From: a virus | Taxonomy: Duplodnaviria; Heunggongvirae; Uroviricota; Caudoviricetes | DNA length: 39,465 nucleotides | Reading direction: 5' to 3' (one strand) | Virus record (IMG/VR): IMGVR_UViG_2526164598_000015 | Shown: in pieces, positions 1 to 8,906 of the stretch | Layout of the letters: every line of letters starts with the position of its first letter | How positions within the stretch are numbered: position 1 is the stretch's first letter | Position numbers and translations under genes: made by a program | Notes under the pieces: generated by a model | Database searches by the model: none | Seen by the model: the letters and a program-made list of their open reading frames with translations, nothing else | What the model was told of the DNA's origin: nothing

Positions 1-1119
1 TCAAATAACCAACTTAACCCATTCCTGACCTCGAGTATCGTTATAGCGATCGGTGGTTGCCTGGACTTTATGTCCTAGTAATGTTTTTGTATCGATACCC
101 TGTGCACGGTACAACCGTTCTGATAGAGAGCGTTGTTCATGAAATGTTGGCGGAGTTTTTCCTGCTGGTGGAATTATCCCAGCCAGATCCCGTGCTTTGG
201 CAAAGTAGTCGCTCAGGTTGTCTTTACTCATCGGCTTCGGTTGTTTCTGGTGCCGACTATGGATTAGATATGGACTTAATATTCTGTCTCGGCACCCATC
301 AATAACTTCTTTTAACGTTATCCCAATGGCATCACAGCGTAGTGTAAGCGGTAACGCCAGACGCATTCCGGTTTTTCCCTGGGTGATATGCAAGTGTTCG
401 TTCCACACATCTGAAAAACGCATGTGGCAAATGTCATCACGGCGCTGACCAGTAACAATCGCAAGAAGCATTGCGTTACGGATAAAGTGTTTTTCAGGCG
501 TTGCATTGTAAATTTTTTGCCAGTCTTCCATGGTGAGCCTGGCTCTGGTTACTTTAGGGATCGGTTTACGGGTAGCCTCCGGAGGATTCCATCCAGGAGG
601 AACTTCCCCTGCATGCTGTGCTTCTTTATAAATATCAACCCATAATCCACGATTTACTCTCGCTGTGCTGACCATGTCTTTATCCAGCCACTCATCCAGT
701 ATTAATGCAAAGTCTCTTACTTCCAGTTCTTTCAATGGGTGGTTTCCCAGACGGGAAACCAGGTATGCAGCCATTCGAGTTTTTTCTTTGTGAGTTGTAG
801 CTGCAATATCTCCATTTTTCAGTCGCGCGTCCTGTATTTTCAGATATCGATCAACCCATGCCTTTAATCTGATGCCCCGACGTTTTGTTGCTGACGGACT
901 TTCATCAATTTTGCGCATGAAATATTCAGCTTCTGCTGCAGCTATTCGCTGATTGGCTGTGGAAGCGATTTTTTCTGCTTTGCCTTTGTCTGTTCCGAGA
1001 CCGTGAAATTTTCCAGTCACAGGGTTTTTATACTGGTAGTAAACCCTGCCAGTTCTGCGATCAAACTTTTCGTAAAGACCGGTTACGTCAGTGCTGTTTT
1101 TTCGTGGCCTCGGTGACAT
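1..1119 (-). CDS. int: Phage integrase, tyrosine recombinase family
   Basis: 372-aa ORF; C-terminal catalytic-type region (..HSRH.., ..LLGHKVQATTDRY..); AGGAG RBS upstream of ATG at 1119; overlaps xis 3' end as in lambdoid int-xis pairs. Confidence 0.9.
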   Translation of the reverse strand: MSPRPRKNSTDVTGLYEKFDRRTGRVYYQYKNPVTGKFHGLGTDKGKAEKIASTANQRIAAAEAEYFMRKIDESPSATKRRGIRLKAWVDRYLKIQDARLKNGDIAATTHKEKTRMAAYLVSRLGNHPLKELEVRDFALILDEWLDKDMVSTARVNRGLWVDIYKEAQHAGEVPPGWNPPEATRKPIPKVTRARLTMEDWQKIYNATPEKHFIRNAMLLAIVTGQRRDDICHMRFSDVWNEHLHITQGKTGMRLALPLTLRCDAIGITLKEVIDGCRDRILSPYLIHSRHQKQPKPMSKDNLSDYFAKARDLAGIIPPAGKTPPTFHEQRSLSERLYRAQGIDTKTLLGHKVQATTDRYNDTRGQEWVKLVI

Positions 1120-1357
1120 GAGTTAAAATCTCCTTCAGTGCATCATCATCGCCAGTATGAATTTCCGGCGCAATTCCCGTTTCACCAGGTCCAACAAATA
1201 CTGCCCGGCGATCTATCAGCCAACGCCCACGAATTTTTTGTGGTCTTGGAACGATGTATCCTAGTTTTCCGTATTTCACCAGGGTAGTGTTTGTTATTGG
1301 GAGACTGAACCGTTTTGGTTTCCACTCGTCAAGCGTTATCAGGTACTGTTCGCTCAT
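1088..1357 (-). CDS. xis: Excisionase (Xis-like small DNA-binding protein)
   Basis: 89-aa ORF directly upstream of and overlapping int; start taken at ATG 1357 (GGAGTG RBS) rather than the upstream GTG at 1366. Confidence 0.7.
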   Translation of the reverse strand: MSEQYLITLDEWKPKRFSLPITNTTLVKYGKLGYIVPRPQKIRGRWLIDRRAVFVGPGETGIAPEIHTGDDDALKEILTHVTEATKKQH

Positions 1358-1418
1358 GGCTATCACTCCGGAACACGCCAGTTGCAGAATACCAACGACA
1401 ACTGGCGACGGTTGAACA

Positions 1419-3890
1419 TTAAAAATCAGCCTGACTCGGGATCAGTTTTTGCCAGATAGCTGAAACGTATTTTGCCTGGTAACGAGCGTCATCAAGTGCA
1501 TTATGGCGCTCACCTTCGAATGGGATAGCAGTTCTGGCATCGAAGTCTATGGCTTTCCCCAGCTCAACGATTGTGCGTACATCGCGATCGTTGTAGTAAC
1601 GCCACGGGTAGGGGATCCCCTGCCGCTCGTATGAACGGCGCAAAATCGTGTTGTCGAAGTTGGCTCCATTTCCCCAGACCTGAACAAAAAATTCACCGGA
1701 GTTTTCGTCGATAAATTCCCGCAATTGTAACAGTGCATCATCTAACGGGATTTCATCGGTCATAATGGCAGATTGCGCCTCGCGTGATTGCTTAAGCCAC
1801 CATTTAATGGTGTCACGATCAATGACTCCGCCAGCAGTTTCCAGATCGATAGTCTTACTAAATTCCGGTCCCATATCTCCGGTTTGCGGATCGAAAAATA
1901 TTGCACCTATTGAGATAATCGGGGCATCAGGATTTTTTCCCATGGTTTCAAGGTCGATCATTAGATGGTCACACGTCCTGCTGGTGGATGTGATAACGCG
2001 ATGACCGTTCACCGTAATTAAGGGATCTGCCGTCTCGCCAGTTTCACTATCGCTGGCGTGATCCTGAGCGCTGCCAGCATTCTCCTTGTGTGGGTGTTCA
2101 GCGCCTTCCATTTTCTCCGAATCGTCTTCCTGAACTTCAACCTGGTTCTTGTCATCGAATGTTTCCTGGTATGTTGCGTCGCCCATCACCGCACCACAAT
2201 CAGGGCAGTTGCCACCACCGCTCTGACCGCAGGCGGTGCAGATTTTTTCCGGTTCCTGTTGCACTACTGGTTCAGGTTGTTTCGTTTCTGGCTCGTTTTG
2301 TTGCGTATTTGGGCTGTTTTGTTCCGCTTTCTGGTCGTTCTGTTCCGTTTCTTGCTGGTTCTGGTTCACAGTATCGCGGGTCTGGATCCCCTTAACCCAT
2401 TTCGGATCATTCGGGTCGCTAATCCCTTCAATAAATTCACCACGTGATGCAGCAAGCAACTTATCGGCGTCAGGCTGGCTGATATTGGCTGCCTGCATAA
2501 TTTTGTTTACTTCGTCAGCGGTAACTTTTACCGGTTCTGGCTGTGCGGTCGTGTCAGATGCACCAGTATTTTGTTGTGAACCTGAGTATGTACTGTTTTT
2601 GCGGGCGAAATATTCTTCTTTCGTGATTTCAGTAGCCCCGGCAGCCAGCGCCTTATCCAGACCAGAAAGTTTGTTTGCGCGACCGTATTTTTCGCCATCC
2701 TTGTCGGTGAAGAGGAAGTAGAACGGCCCCTCACGCTCTACAGATGGTTCGACTTCCACTTTGCATTCGGTTTTTTCGTTGTCCGGAATTGCCGTTTCCA
2801 CTGCATCAGTTTCTGGTACTGGCGACGAGAGAGTATCAGTTGCGCTCTGATTTGTTCCTTCATCTTCAAACACGCCCTTTGTAGTCAGGTATTCAGTAAT
2901 GTATTTGTTCAGTGCCACAGGGTCTTTGTGAATGTCGATCGGACGTTCACGGACAAGGCCAAAAATAGTCTGGCGGTCGTAGCGAAGGGCATCAGGCTGT
3001 TTGCGCATTGATGCCGAGATACGCTTCCAGTCTTCGCGGTCGTTGTCGATAACTTCATTTTTTGCCCAGCGATGAATGCTGCCGTCAATGTTTCCGGCAT
3101 CCACATCACCAGGCCAGAGAGCGTAGGCCAGTTCGTCATCCAGTGTTTTCCATGTCTGCTTGTATTCGCGATGAGTGGCAGCAATGACCGGGCTGATTTT
3201 TCCTGTTGAACTTTCAGTGTTCTGTTGATTGGCTCTGGCGCGGGCGAGATCAACAACAGACGTGTATTTTCCGGTTCCCTTGCGTTCACCTTCGCGACGT
3301 TTTTTCCAGATGCGCATCTCTGCCTGAATTTCGGGCCATTTAGCTCCAGGCTTACATTTATGCTTAACCCACCCGATGGCATGCAACTTAAGTTCCGGAT
3401 ACATGGCGTTAACTTCTGGCATTTTCATCAACGCTTCAACGATATGTCCGTCGAATGTTGCCATGTCTTCCTGCAACAGTTCCTGTGCACTAATCACCAT
3501 ATCAACGGTGATGTTTTCACATGTGTCGAACTTAACCATGACAGCGTTCTGTACTTCAGGGGCCAGCTTGTCAAAAGTGACGTTCATCGGATTTGATTCA
3601 GTCTCAACCGGGACAAAGGAAGCTGACTCCTCATCCCAGCGGTTTTCCCGCATATATTCAGCATCCCAGGAATCGAGGGCAGGGCGGGGTATACCGGGTT
3701 TATCCTCGCAGACAAGAAATTTATAAGCGCAGTCCTGAGCAGCCGGATATTGCTCCAGGAATTGCCAGGTAAATTTGGCACGGGCGCGGCGTTCGTCACC
3801 GGCTTCAATGGCAGTGGCTACAGCAACTGCACCTTCTTCCTTTATTGCCTGTTCGTCCGGAATGGCGGCGCAAATAAAGACTTTACTCAT
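1419..3890 (-). CDS. Large exonuclease: RecE-like (exodeoxyribonuclease VIII family) N-terminal/central region with Cys4 motif, fused to C-terminal DEDDh (DnaQ-like) 3'-5' exonuclease domain
   Basis: 823 aa; C-terminus has Exo I motif (MIDLETMG) and Exo III motif (HNALDDARYQAKY); central segment (LLAASRGEFIEGISDPNDPKWVKGIQTRD...CTACGQSGGGNCPDCGAVMGDATYQETFD) matches RecE as I recall it; Q/E/N/P-rich low-complexity linker. Confidence 0.75.
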   Translation of the reverse strand: MSKVFICAAIPDEQAIKEEGAVAVATAIEAGDERRARAKFTWQFLEQYPAAQDCAYKFLVCEDKPGIPRPALDSWDAEYMRENRWDEESASFVPVETESNPMNVTFDKLAPEVQNAVMVKFDTCENITVDMVISAQELLQEDMATFDGHIVEALMKMPEVNAMYPELKLHAIGWVKHKCKPGAKWPEIQAEMRIWKKRREGERKGTGKYTSVVDLARARANQQNTESSTGKISPVIAATHREYKQTWKTLDDELAYALWPGDVDAGNIDGSIHRWAKNEVIDNDREDWKRISASMRKQPDALRYDRQTIFGLVRERPIDIHKDPVALNKYITEYLTTKGVFEDEGTNQSATDTLSSPVPETDAVETAIPDNEKTECKVEVEPSVEREGPFYFLFTDKDGEKYGRANKLSGLDKALAAGATEITKEEYFARKNSTYSGSQQNTGASDTTAQPEPVKVTADEVNKIMQAANISQPDADKLLAASRGEFIEGISDPNDPKWVKGIQTRDTVNQNQQETEQNDQKAEQNSPNTQQNEPETKQPEPVVQQEPEKICTACGQSGGGNCPDCGAVMGDATYQETFDDKNQVEVQEDDSEKMEGAEHPHKENAGSAQDHASDSETGETADPLITVNGHRVITSTSRTCDHLMIDLETMGKNPDAPIISIGAIFFDPQTGDMGPEFSKTIDLETAGGVIDRDTIKWWLKQSREAQSAIMTDEIPLDDALLQLREFIDENSGEFFVQVWGNGANFDNTILRRSYERQGIPYPWRYYNDRDVRTIVELGKAIDFDARTAIPFEGERHNALDDARYQAKYVSAIWQKLIPSQADF

Positions 3891-4013
3891 TTTGTTTTAA
3901 CCTCATGACAGATTTAAGGATGAACAAATCCCTGCCATTGCTGGCATATAAGAATCAAATCTGATGTATTCATTAAGCTGAATGTCGTATTGTGGCAGTT
4001 ATTTTATTACTGC

Positions 4014-4247
4014 TCACCATGACTCTGCTTTTACAGGTAAACCATCACGACCAAGGAAGACTTTAATCATGGTTTCCTTAATACAGTGTTGTGTGGAAAA
4101 ATCACGAATATAGAGCCGTTGTTTTTTAATGTTGTTTACCGAAGCAATATATGTTCTTCCTTTATGAATAACATAATCACCGGGAGTCACGCACTGACGA
4201 GGAATCTCATCAGTTCCGAAGTGATGAGCAATCATAATTATCTCCAT
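4014..4247 (-). CDS. Hypothetical small protein (77 aa)
   Basis: ORF only; weak RBS; no recognisable motif. Confidence 0.35.
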   Translation of the reverse strand: MEIIMIAHHFGTDEIPRQCVTPGDYVIHKGRTYIASVNNIKKQRLYIRDFSTQHCIKETMIKVFLGRDGLPVKAESW

Positions 4248-4801
4248 TTTTACAAATGAACTTTGTTGATGCGGTGCCTGGTGCCTCCAGGTGACGTTAA
4301 CCAGTTAACAATTAACGCCGGATACAGAGAACCCACCCATAACACTGTTTTTGGTTTTAACTGTTCCGCGTGCGCTCAGCCGCATTCACCGCATCACAAA
4401 ACTCACTTTAAAAAGGGCGGCAGACCAGTCACGGAGTAAAACTGATACCGCCAAACGTCACCAGAAAATTGATAACAGAGGGCGTTGCAGCGGGGTTGTC
4501 ACTTAAGCGTATGGTCAACCTGACAACCCGGTGTCCTCAACGGGGAAGGAATAACCCCGCCATACTTACCGCCGCGCCATTTCGCGGAGTGCCACAACCG
4601 GAAGCGCACGGTCGACGAAAATTTAACGACAGGCTATCTATGAACCAGCTACCTCGCCGTGCGCTTTCGCGTTATGGTCTGACTTTTCAGGGAAATATCC
4701 TTTCAGTAAACTGTCAGTGCCGGATGCTCACCCGTGTCCGGCGCACGCACTCCACCTCACCCGTGGAGAACTCCTTAATCACCAACCCTCAGGAGGGTGA
4801 A

Positions 4802-5077
4802 ATGTCGACTGAAAATGATGAAATCATTAACTCCCTGATACGCCAGATTAATAATTTTGATAAAGCATTGCAGCATGCTGCGGCGCGTAGTGATATAACT
4901 CTTTTAGCAATTTCATTTCTTGCATCTGTAATGGATAAAAATGAAGTCGTACGACAGAGTCTTGTTGATTATATCGACTCGCTTCAACCAGGCACTTTCA
5001 ATCATGAGAGCTTCAATCATGAGAAAGAGCATGTTAAATCTGTAATTAATTCTCTTGTTTTGAATCAAAAGAATTAA
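4802..5077 (+). CDS. Hypothetical protein (91 aa), AT-rich, predicted helical
   Basis: ATG at 4802 preceded by AGGAGGG RBS; upstream in-frame extension of track ORF 4469..5077 judged non-coding; 3' end overlaps convergent gene by 32 bp. Confidence 0.5.
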   Translation: MSTENDEIINSLIRQINNFDKALQHAAARSDITLLAISFLASVMDKNEVVRQSLVDYIDSLQPGTFNHESFNHEKEHVKSVINSLVLNQKN

Positions 5078-5375
5078 TGCTTTTTGTTGCAAGGTAATTT
5101 TCAAGGGGTTCTATTCGAATCCCTTTCTTTTTCATTAACAAGCCAAACCCCTTATCAATGATGTCCATTAGATCCAGGAAGTATTTTTCATGTAAATCCA
5201 GGTTATCAGAGAGCTGCTTCTCTTCGTACAGACCGATAAAGGCACGACGCACGTTACCGGATATAGTATCGATGGTTTCTTTTTCTACGGTACTCAGGTC
5301 AAGAGTCGCCAGTTGGGAACGAACTATATTCGCTGCCATTTCCTGGAATTGCATTGGTAAATCTTTAAATTCCAT
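5046..5375 (-). CDS. Hypothetical protein (109 aa)
   Basis: ATG at 5375 with ACGAGG RBS; 22 bp downstream of the 72-aa gene, same strand (operon-like). Confidence 0.55.
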   Translation of the reverse strand: MEFKDLPMQFQEMAANIVRSQLATLDLSTVEKETIDTISGNVRRAFIGLYEEKQLSDNLDLHEKYFLDLMDIIDKGFGLLMKKKGIRIEPLENYLATKSINSFDSKQEN

Positions 5376-5397
5376 TATTAGCCTCGTTGGTTAGCTA

Positions 5398-5616
5398 TTA
5401 ACGCGGGCATGTAATCATTCTGGCAATGCTTAATGCCGCTGCTTTTTCCAGCCTGGTGATATCCTGCTCCAGAGCGGACAGATTTTCAGCCTGCTTAGCC
5501 TTGGCTTCATTGGCCCATTTCAGATCCTGCGCTGCATTAATTTTCTGGCGCATCCACTCATAAAGTTCATCATCGGTATAGTCTGGCGCGATGATGACGG
5601 GTTCTCGTTTCTGCAT
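5398..5616 (-). CDS. Hypothetical protein (72 aa), coiled-coil-like; first gene of early-left operon
   Basis: ORF downstream of the putative oL/pL region; no arginine-rich N-like motif. Confidence 0.5.
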   Translation of the reverse strand: MQKREPVIIAPDYTDDELYEWMRQKINAAQDLKWANEAKAKQAENLSALEQDITRLEKAAALSIARMITCPR

Positions 5617-5918
5617 ACTGATTCCTCGCGGTGCTGTTTCCCCTTAACGCCGGGGTAGCGGAACAAAAACCTGCTGCATAGTTATTAAAGTTGAACCCTG
5701 CCGTCATGTTCTTACGCCTCGGGCTGGCTACTTAACCCCTGACCACTGCCGGGTAACTCGAAGTATTGCCCTGCATTCTGTGGGGTGGAGTGAGGGAATG
5801 AATGAAGTTTAGAAAAATAAACTTTACAGGTCAATGTTTTTTTATCAAAACATTTTAAGCAGGCAGCTGTTAAGCCATCACCACGATGGCATACAGTTAA
5901 TCAAATAGATGAGGTTGG
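5617..5918 (-). promoter_or_regulatory. Candidate oL/pL region (leftward early promoter and operators) downstream of cI
   Basis: 300-bp AT-rich non-coding gap; contains ATCAAAAC and ATCAAATA motifs, the reverse complement of the GTTTTGAT repeats in the cI-cro intergenic region. Confidence 0.3.
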
Positions 5919-6557
5919 TTAAATATCTTGTTGAATTTTAAAGCATACGCCCAATATGCAAGATAGATCATCCAGCATAATTGAAGGGTAGCGAGGATTC
6001 GTGGGGACTAAAAGAATATCCGGCCCTTCTATCTCCAGTTTACGAATGACAGGTGTTGTGGTCCCTTTGGGTAAGGCAAGGACAATATTTCCTGGTTGTA
6101 CGGTTCGATCGGGATCAACAAAAACTGTTGAACCATTTGGGATGGAAACTCCCCCACCAGATGTTGACATACTGTCACTCTCTAGAACAACTGCAAAGGT
6201 ATTGGCCGGGATTTCTCCGACAAGCTGCACACAAGAGGTTATTGAGGAATTTTTCATATAATCACTCCAGCTTGCTGCCTGCTGAAGTGATAGTAGCGGA
6301 ACCGTTTTTATCGGCGGTAAAGATAGATCAAGCGAATCACCTGTATTTAACTCTCCTCCATTAAGAAGCCAATTTTCGTTTACTTTCAATATCTTTGCCA
6401 GTGAACTTATGTAACGCGAGGACGGCGCTCCTCCACCGTTCATCCATTGACTTACGGAGCCTTTTGATGCGCCAGTGGCATTGACAAGGTCTTTGCCTTT
6501 CAGGTTTAGCGCATGCATACGTTGGGTTATGCGTTCAGATATTGTTTGCTTGCTCAT
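5919..6557 (-). CDS. cI: CI-like prophage repressor (N-terminal HTH, C-terminal S24 LexA-like peptidase domain)
   Basis: 212 aa; N-terminal HTH-type region (..GASKGSVSQWMNGG..); C-terminal Ser/Lys dyad context (..VVLESDSMS.. and ..PVIRKLE..); divergent from cro-like gene. Confidence 0.85.
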   Translation of the reverse strand: MSKQTISERITQRMHALNLKGKDLVNATGASKGSVSQWMNGGGAPSSRYISSLAKILKVNENWLLNGGELNTGDSLDLSLPPIKTVPLLSLQQAASWSDYMKNSSITSCVQLVGEIPANTFAVVLESDSMSTSGGGVSIPNGSTVFVDPDRTVQPGNIVLALPKGTTTPVIRKLEIEGPDILLVPTNPRYPSIMLDDLSCILGVCFKIQQDI

Positions 6558-6648
6558 GTTTTGATTTTAAAACACAGATGGTTTTGTTTCTTGACTTTCT
6601 TTGGTTTTGATTATTAAACTTTTGGCGTTCAGTTTTATGGAGCGACTC
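6558..6648. promoter_or_regulatory. Divergent operator/promoter region (oR with pRM/pR-like promoters)
   Basis: Three GTTTTG(A/T)T repeats at 6558, 6581, 6604 (23-bp periodicity, like tripartite lambdoid operators); TTGACT -35-like hexamer at 6591-6596; GGAG RBS before cro ATG. Confidence 0.5.
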
Positions 6649-6879
6649 ATGAAAAAATCAGAAGTATTAGGCTATTTTGGCGGAGTTGTTAAAACAGCCG
6701 CAGCTCTAGGAACGTCAAAAACCACAGTCAGCATGTGGGGGGAAGAGGTTCCGTGGAAATGGGCGTTGCTAATTCAGGCAGTCACTGCCGGGGCGCTCAA
6801 ATATGAGTTACACATACCGACGGTTGTCATTCCCGGTTCTGATCATAATCCGCCTTCTAACCAAGGGGGGGATTCATGA
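6649..6879 (+). CDS. Cro-like small HTH regulator
   Basis: 76 aa starting MKKSEVLGYFGGVVKTAAALGTSKTTVSMWG (HTH-like); divergent from cI; GGAG RBS 6 nt upstream of ATG 6649. Confidence 0.7.
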   Translation: MKKSEVLGYFGGVVKTAAALGTSKTTVSMWGEEVPWKWALLIQAVTAGALKYELHIPTVVIPGSDHNPPSNQGGDS

Positions 6880-7301
6880 AAATCAAGCATGAACACATCC
6901 GCATGGCGATGAATGCCTGGGCGCGTCCTGATGGCGAAAAAGTTCCAGCAGCTGGAATAACCCAGGCTTATTTTGAGTTGGGTATGACGTTCCCAGAACT
7001 GTATGACGACAGCCATCCGGAAGCCCTGGCTCGCAATACCCAGAAAATTTTCCGCTGGATAGAGAAAGACACCCCTGATGCAGTTGAAAAAATTCAGGCG
7101 TTGTTACCAGCGATCGAAAAGGCAATGCCACCTTTGCTGGTGGCCAGAATGCGCAGCCACAGTTCAGCTTATTTTCGGGAGCTGGTGGAGACGCGGGAGC
7201 GACTGGTGAGAGACGCTGATGATTTTGTCGCAGTGGCAATCGCCGGTTTCAATCAGATGAACCGTGGTGGCCCGGCAGGAAATGCTGTGGCAGTGCATTG
7301 A
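6876..7301 (+). CDS. CII-position regulator (possibly YdaT-like), function uncertain
   Basis: 141 aa; start overlaps cro stop (ATGA); position immediately after cro matches CII-type regulators; no verified motif. Confidence 0.35.
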   Translation: MKIKHEHIRMAMNAWARPDGEKVPAAGITQAYFELGMTFPELYDDSHPEALARNTQKIFRWIEKDTPDAVEKIQALLPAIEKAMPPLLVARMRSHSSAYFRELVETRERLVRDADDFVAVAIAGFNQMNRGGPAGNAVAVH

Positions 7302-7372
7302 GTGATAATAGCCATATCGAATCACTTCCGGCAACTCGTGAGTAAAAAGATTCGGTATCAGAAGAGGTGAGT

Positions 7373-8443
7373 ATGGCTAACGCCTGGCTCAGATTATGGC
7401 ATGACATGCCAAATGACCCTAAGTGGCGAACAATTGCCAGGGTGTCAGGGCAGTCAATTGCAACAGTGATGGCAGTGTATATCCACCTCCTGGTGAGCGC
7501 GTCACGAAATGTCACGCGAGGTCACATTGATGTCACGACAGAAGATTTGGCAAGTGCGCTCGACGTGACAGAAGAGGTAATTGATTCAATTTTGCAGACG
7601 ATGCAGGGGCGGGTACTTGATGGTGATTTAATCACTGGATGGGAAAAACGCCAGGTGCTTAAAGAGGACAACGGCAATATTTCGCAAACCGCAAAATCTC
7701 CTGCAGAGCGCAAGAGGGCGCAGCGAGAGAGGGAAAGAAAGCGGGAACAAAATGGCGATTGTCACGGCGCGTCACGAAATGTCACGCACATGTCACGACG
7801 AGTCACGACAGATAAAGATACAGATAAAGATACAGATCAAGAAGATCAAAACACTATGGTCCATGGCGTAAAAAACGCCACGAACCAGGCAGGGGATGTT
7901 CAGACCGTCAATCTTGGTCAGCCAGCAGGCACGACACCGGAAGCCGATTCAGCGTATGCGCTGAAAGCCGATTCGGGCGCTGTGCAGCAGGTGATGACCG
8001 CAAGGCCGGAGCAATCACACCAACTGCAGCAGCCTGAAGCCGATTCCGCCATTCAGCGGGAAGCCGATCGGGTAGTCCCGGAAAACACCGGGCAGCCTGT
8101 GAGACGAGTGGATTATCCGGATGTGTTCGAACAGGTCTGGCGGGAATACCCGTTGCGTGCTGGGGCAAACCCGAAGAAATCCGCTTTCAGTGCCTGGAAG
8201 GCCAGATTACGCGAGGGGGTGTCACCAGAGGCCATGCTGGATGGCGTGAGGCGTTACGCAAGATACCTTGCGGCTACCGGGAAAACGGGAACGGAATTTG
8301 TTCAGCGAGCGACGACGTTTTTTGGACCGGACCGGAATTTTGAAAACCCCTGGCTGCTCCCGGTAAGCGGCACGAACAACCAGCGTTGTGTGAATCATAT
8401 TTCTGAACCGGATACCGAAATTCCACCGGGCTTCAGGGGGTAA
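7373..8443 (+). CDS. Replication initiation protein (O-like, replisome organizer) with origin iterons inside the coding sequence
   Basis: ATG 7373 with AGAGGTGAG RBS; protein repeats (SRNVTRGHIDVTT / SRNVTHMSRRVTT) mirror DNA iterons; position after the immunity genes. Confidence 0.7.
   Translation: MANAWLRLWHDMPNDPKWRTIARVSGQSIATVMAVYIHLLVSASRNVTRGHIDVTTEDLASALDVTEEVIDSILQTMQGRVLDGDLITGWEKRQVLKEDNGNISQTAKSPAERKRAQRERERKREQNGDCHGASRNVTHMSRRVTTDKDTDKDTDQEDQNTMVHGVKNATNQAGDVQTVNLGQPAGTTPEADSAYALKADSGAVQQVMTARPEQSHQLQQPEADSAIQREADRVVPENTGQPVRRVDYPDVFEQVWREYPLRAGANPKKSAFSAWKARLREGVSPEAMLDGVRRYARYLAATGKTGTEFVQRATTFFGPDRNFENPWLLPVSGTNNQRCVNHISEPDTEIPPGFRG
7499..7538. repeat. Iteron cluster 1 (four GTCAC(G/A) repeats at about 10-11 bp spacing)
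   Basis: GTCACG at 7501, 7511, 7532 and GTCACA at 7521; inverted copy CGTGAC at 7562. Confidence 0.6.
7759..7834. repeat. Iteron cluster 2 (five GTCACG repeats) followed by GATAAAGATACA tandem repeat; candidate replication origin
   Basis: GTCACG at 7761, 7771, 7781, 7792, 7802 at helical-turn spacing, then two tandem GATAAAGATACA copies at 7811-7834. Confidence 0.6.
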
Positions 8444-8483
8444 GTGTTGATTTCTGGTCATGAGGTAATTTTCAGGAGGACTT

Positions 8484-8906
8484 GTGGCAAAAGTTTTTAC
8501 ACAAGAAGAGCGGGAAAAAATTAAAGGGCAGGTTGTTGAACTCGTACGCCAGAGTGGGCGCGAGACGTTACGACAACTGGAAACTAAAACTGGGGCAACA
8601 AGATATCTGATGAGCGTTCTGGCCAGAGAGCTGGTTGCCAGTGGCGATGTATACAACTCTGGTTACGGGTTATTCCCGTCTGAACAGGCGCGTAAGGACT
8701 GGCAAAATGCCCGTAAAAAGCTCTCAAGGGCAAAGCTGAAGAAACCATCTGCGGTTGATCCGGACCTTATCTGGTCATTACCTGACGGAGAAATACGTCG
8801 CTACGACAGGCGTCAGAACATAATCTGTCGCGAGTGCCGGAAGAGTGAGGTTATGCAGCGAGTGCTGGCGTTTTATCAGGGTAATTTTCAGGAGGTGATG
8901 GCGTGA
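8484..8906 (+). CDS. Hypothetical protein (140 aa), possible DNA-binding
   Basis: GTG start at 8484 with AGGAGG RBS; translationally coupled to next gene (GTGA overlap). Confidence 0.55.
   Translation: MAKVFTQEEREKIKGQVVELVRQSGRETLRQLETKTGATRYLMSVLARELVASGDVYNSGYGLFPSEQARKDWQNARKKLSRAKLKKPSAVDPDLIWSLPDGEIRRYDRRQNIICRECRKSEVMQRVLAFYQGNFQEVMA

Noticed and set aside
2058-2721. Plus-strand ORFs (101-161 aa) opposite the exonuclease gene
   Set aside because: Low-complexity Cys/Phe/Leu-rich translations arising antisense to the Q/E/N-rich linker of the exonuclease; no RBS or start context
4469-4801. N-terminal extension of the 4802 gene (track ORF 4469..5077, 202 aa)
   Set aside because: The extension is Arg/Pro-rich and not protein-like, lies in GC-rich structured sequence, and the ATG at 4802 has a strong AGGAGGG RBS
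7499-7834. GTCACG repeat clusters considered as a possible CRISPR array
   Set aside because: Repeats are 6-10 bp at helical spacing without unique spacers of regular length and lie inside a replication gene; they fit origin iterons
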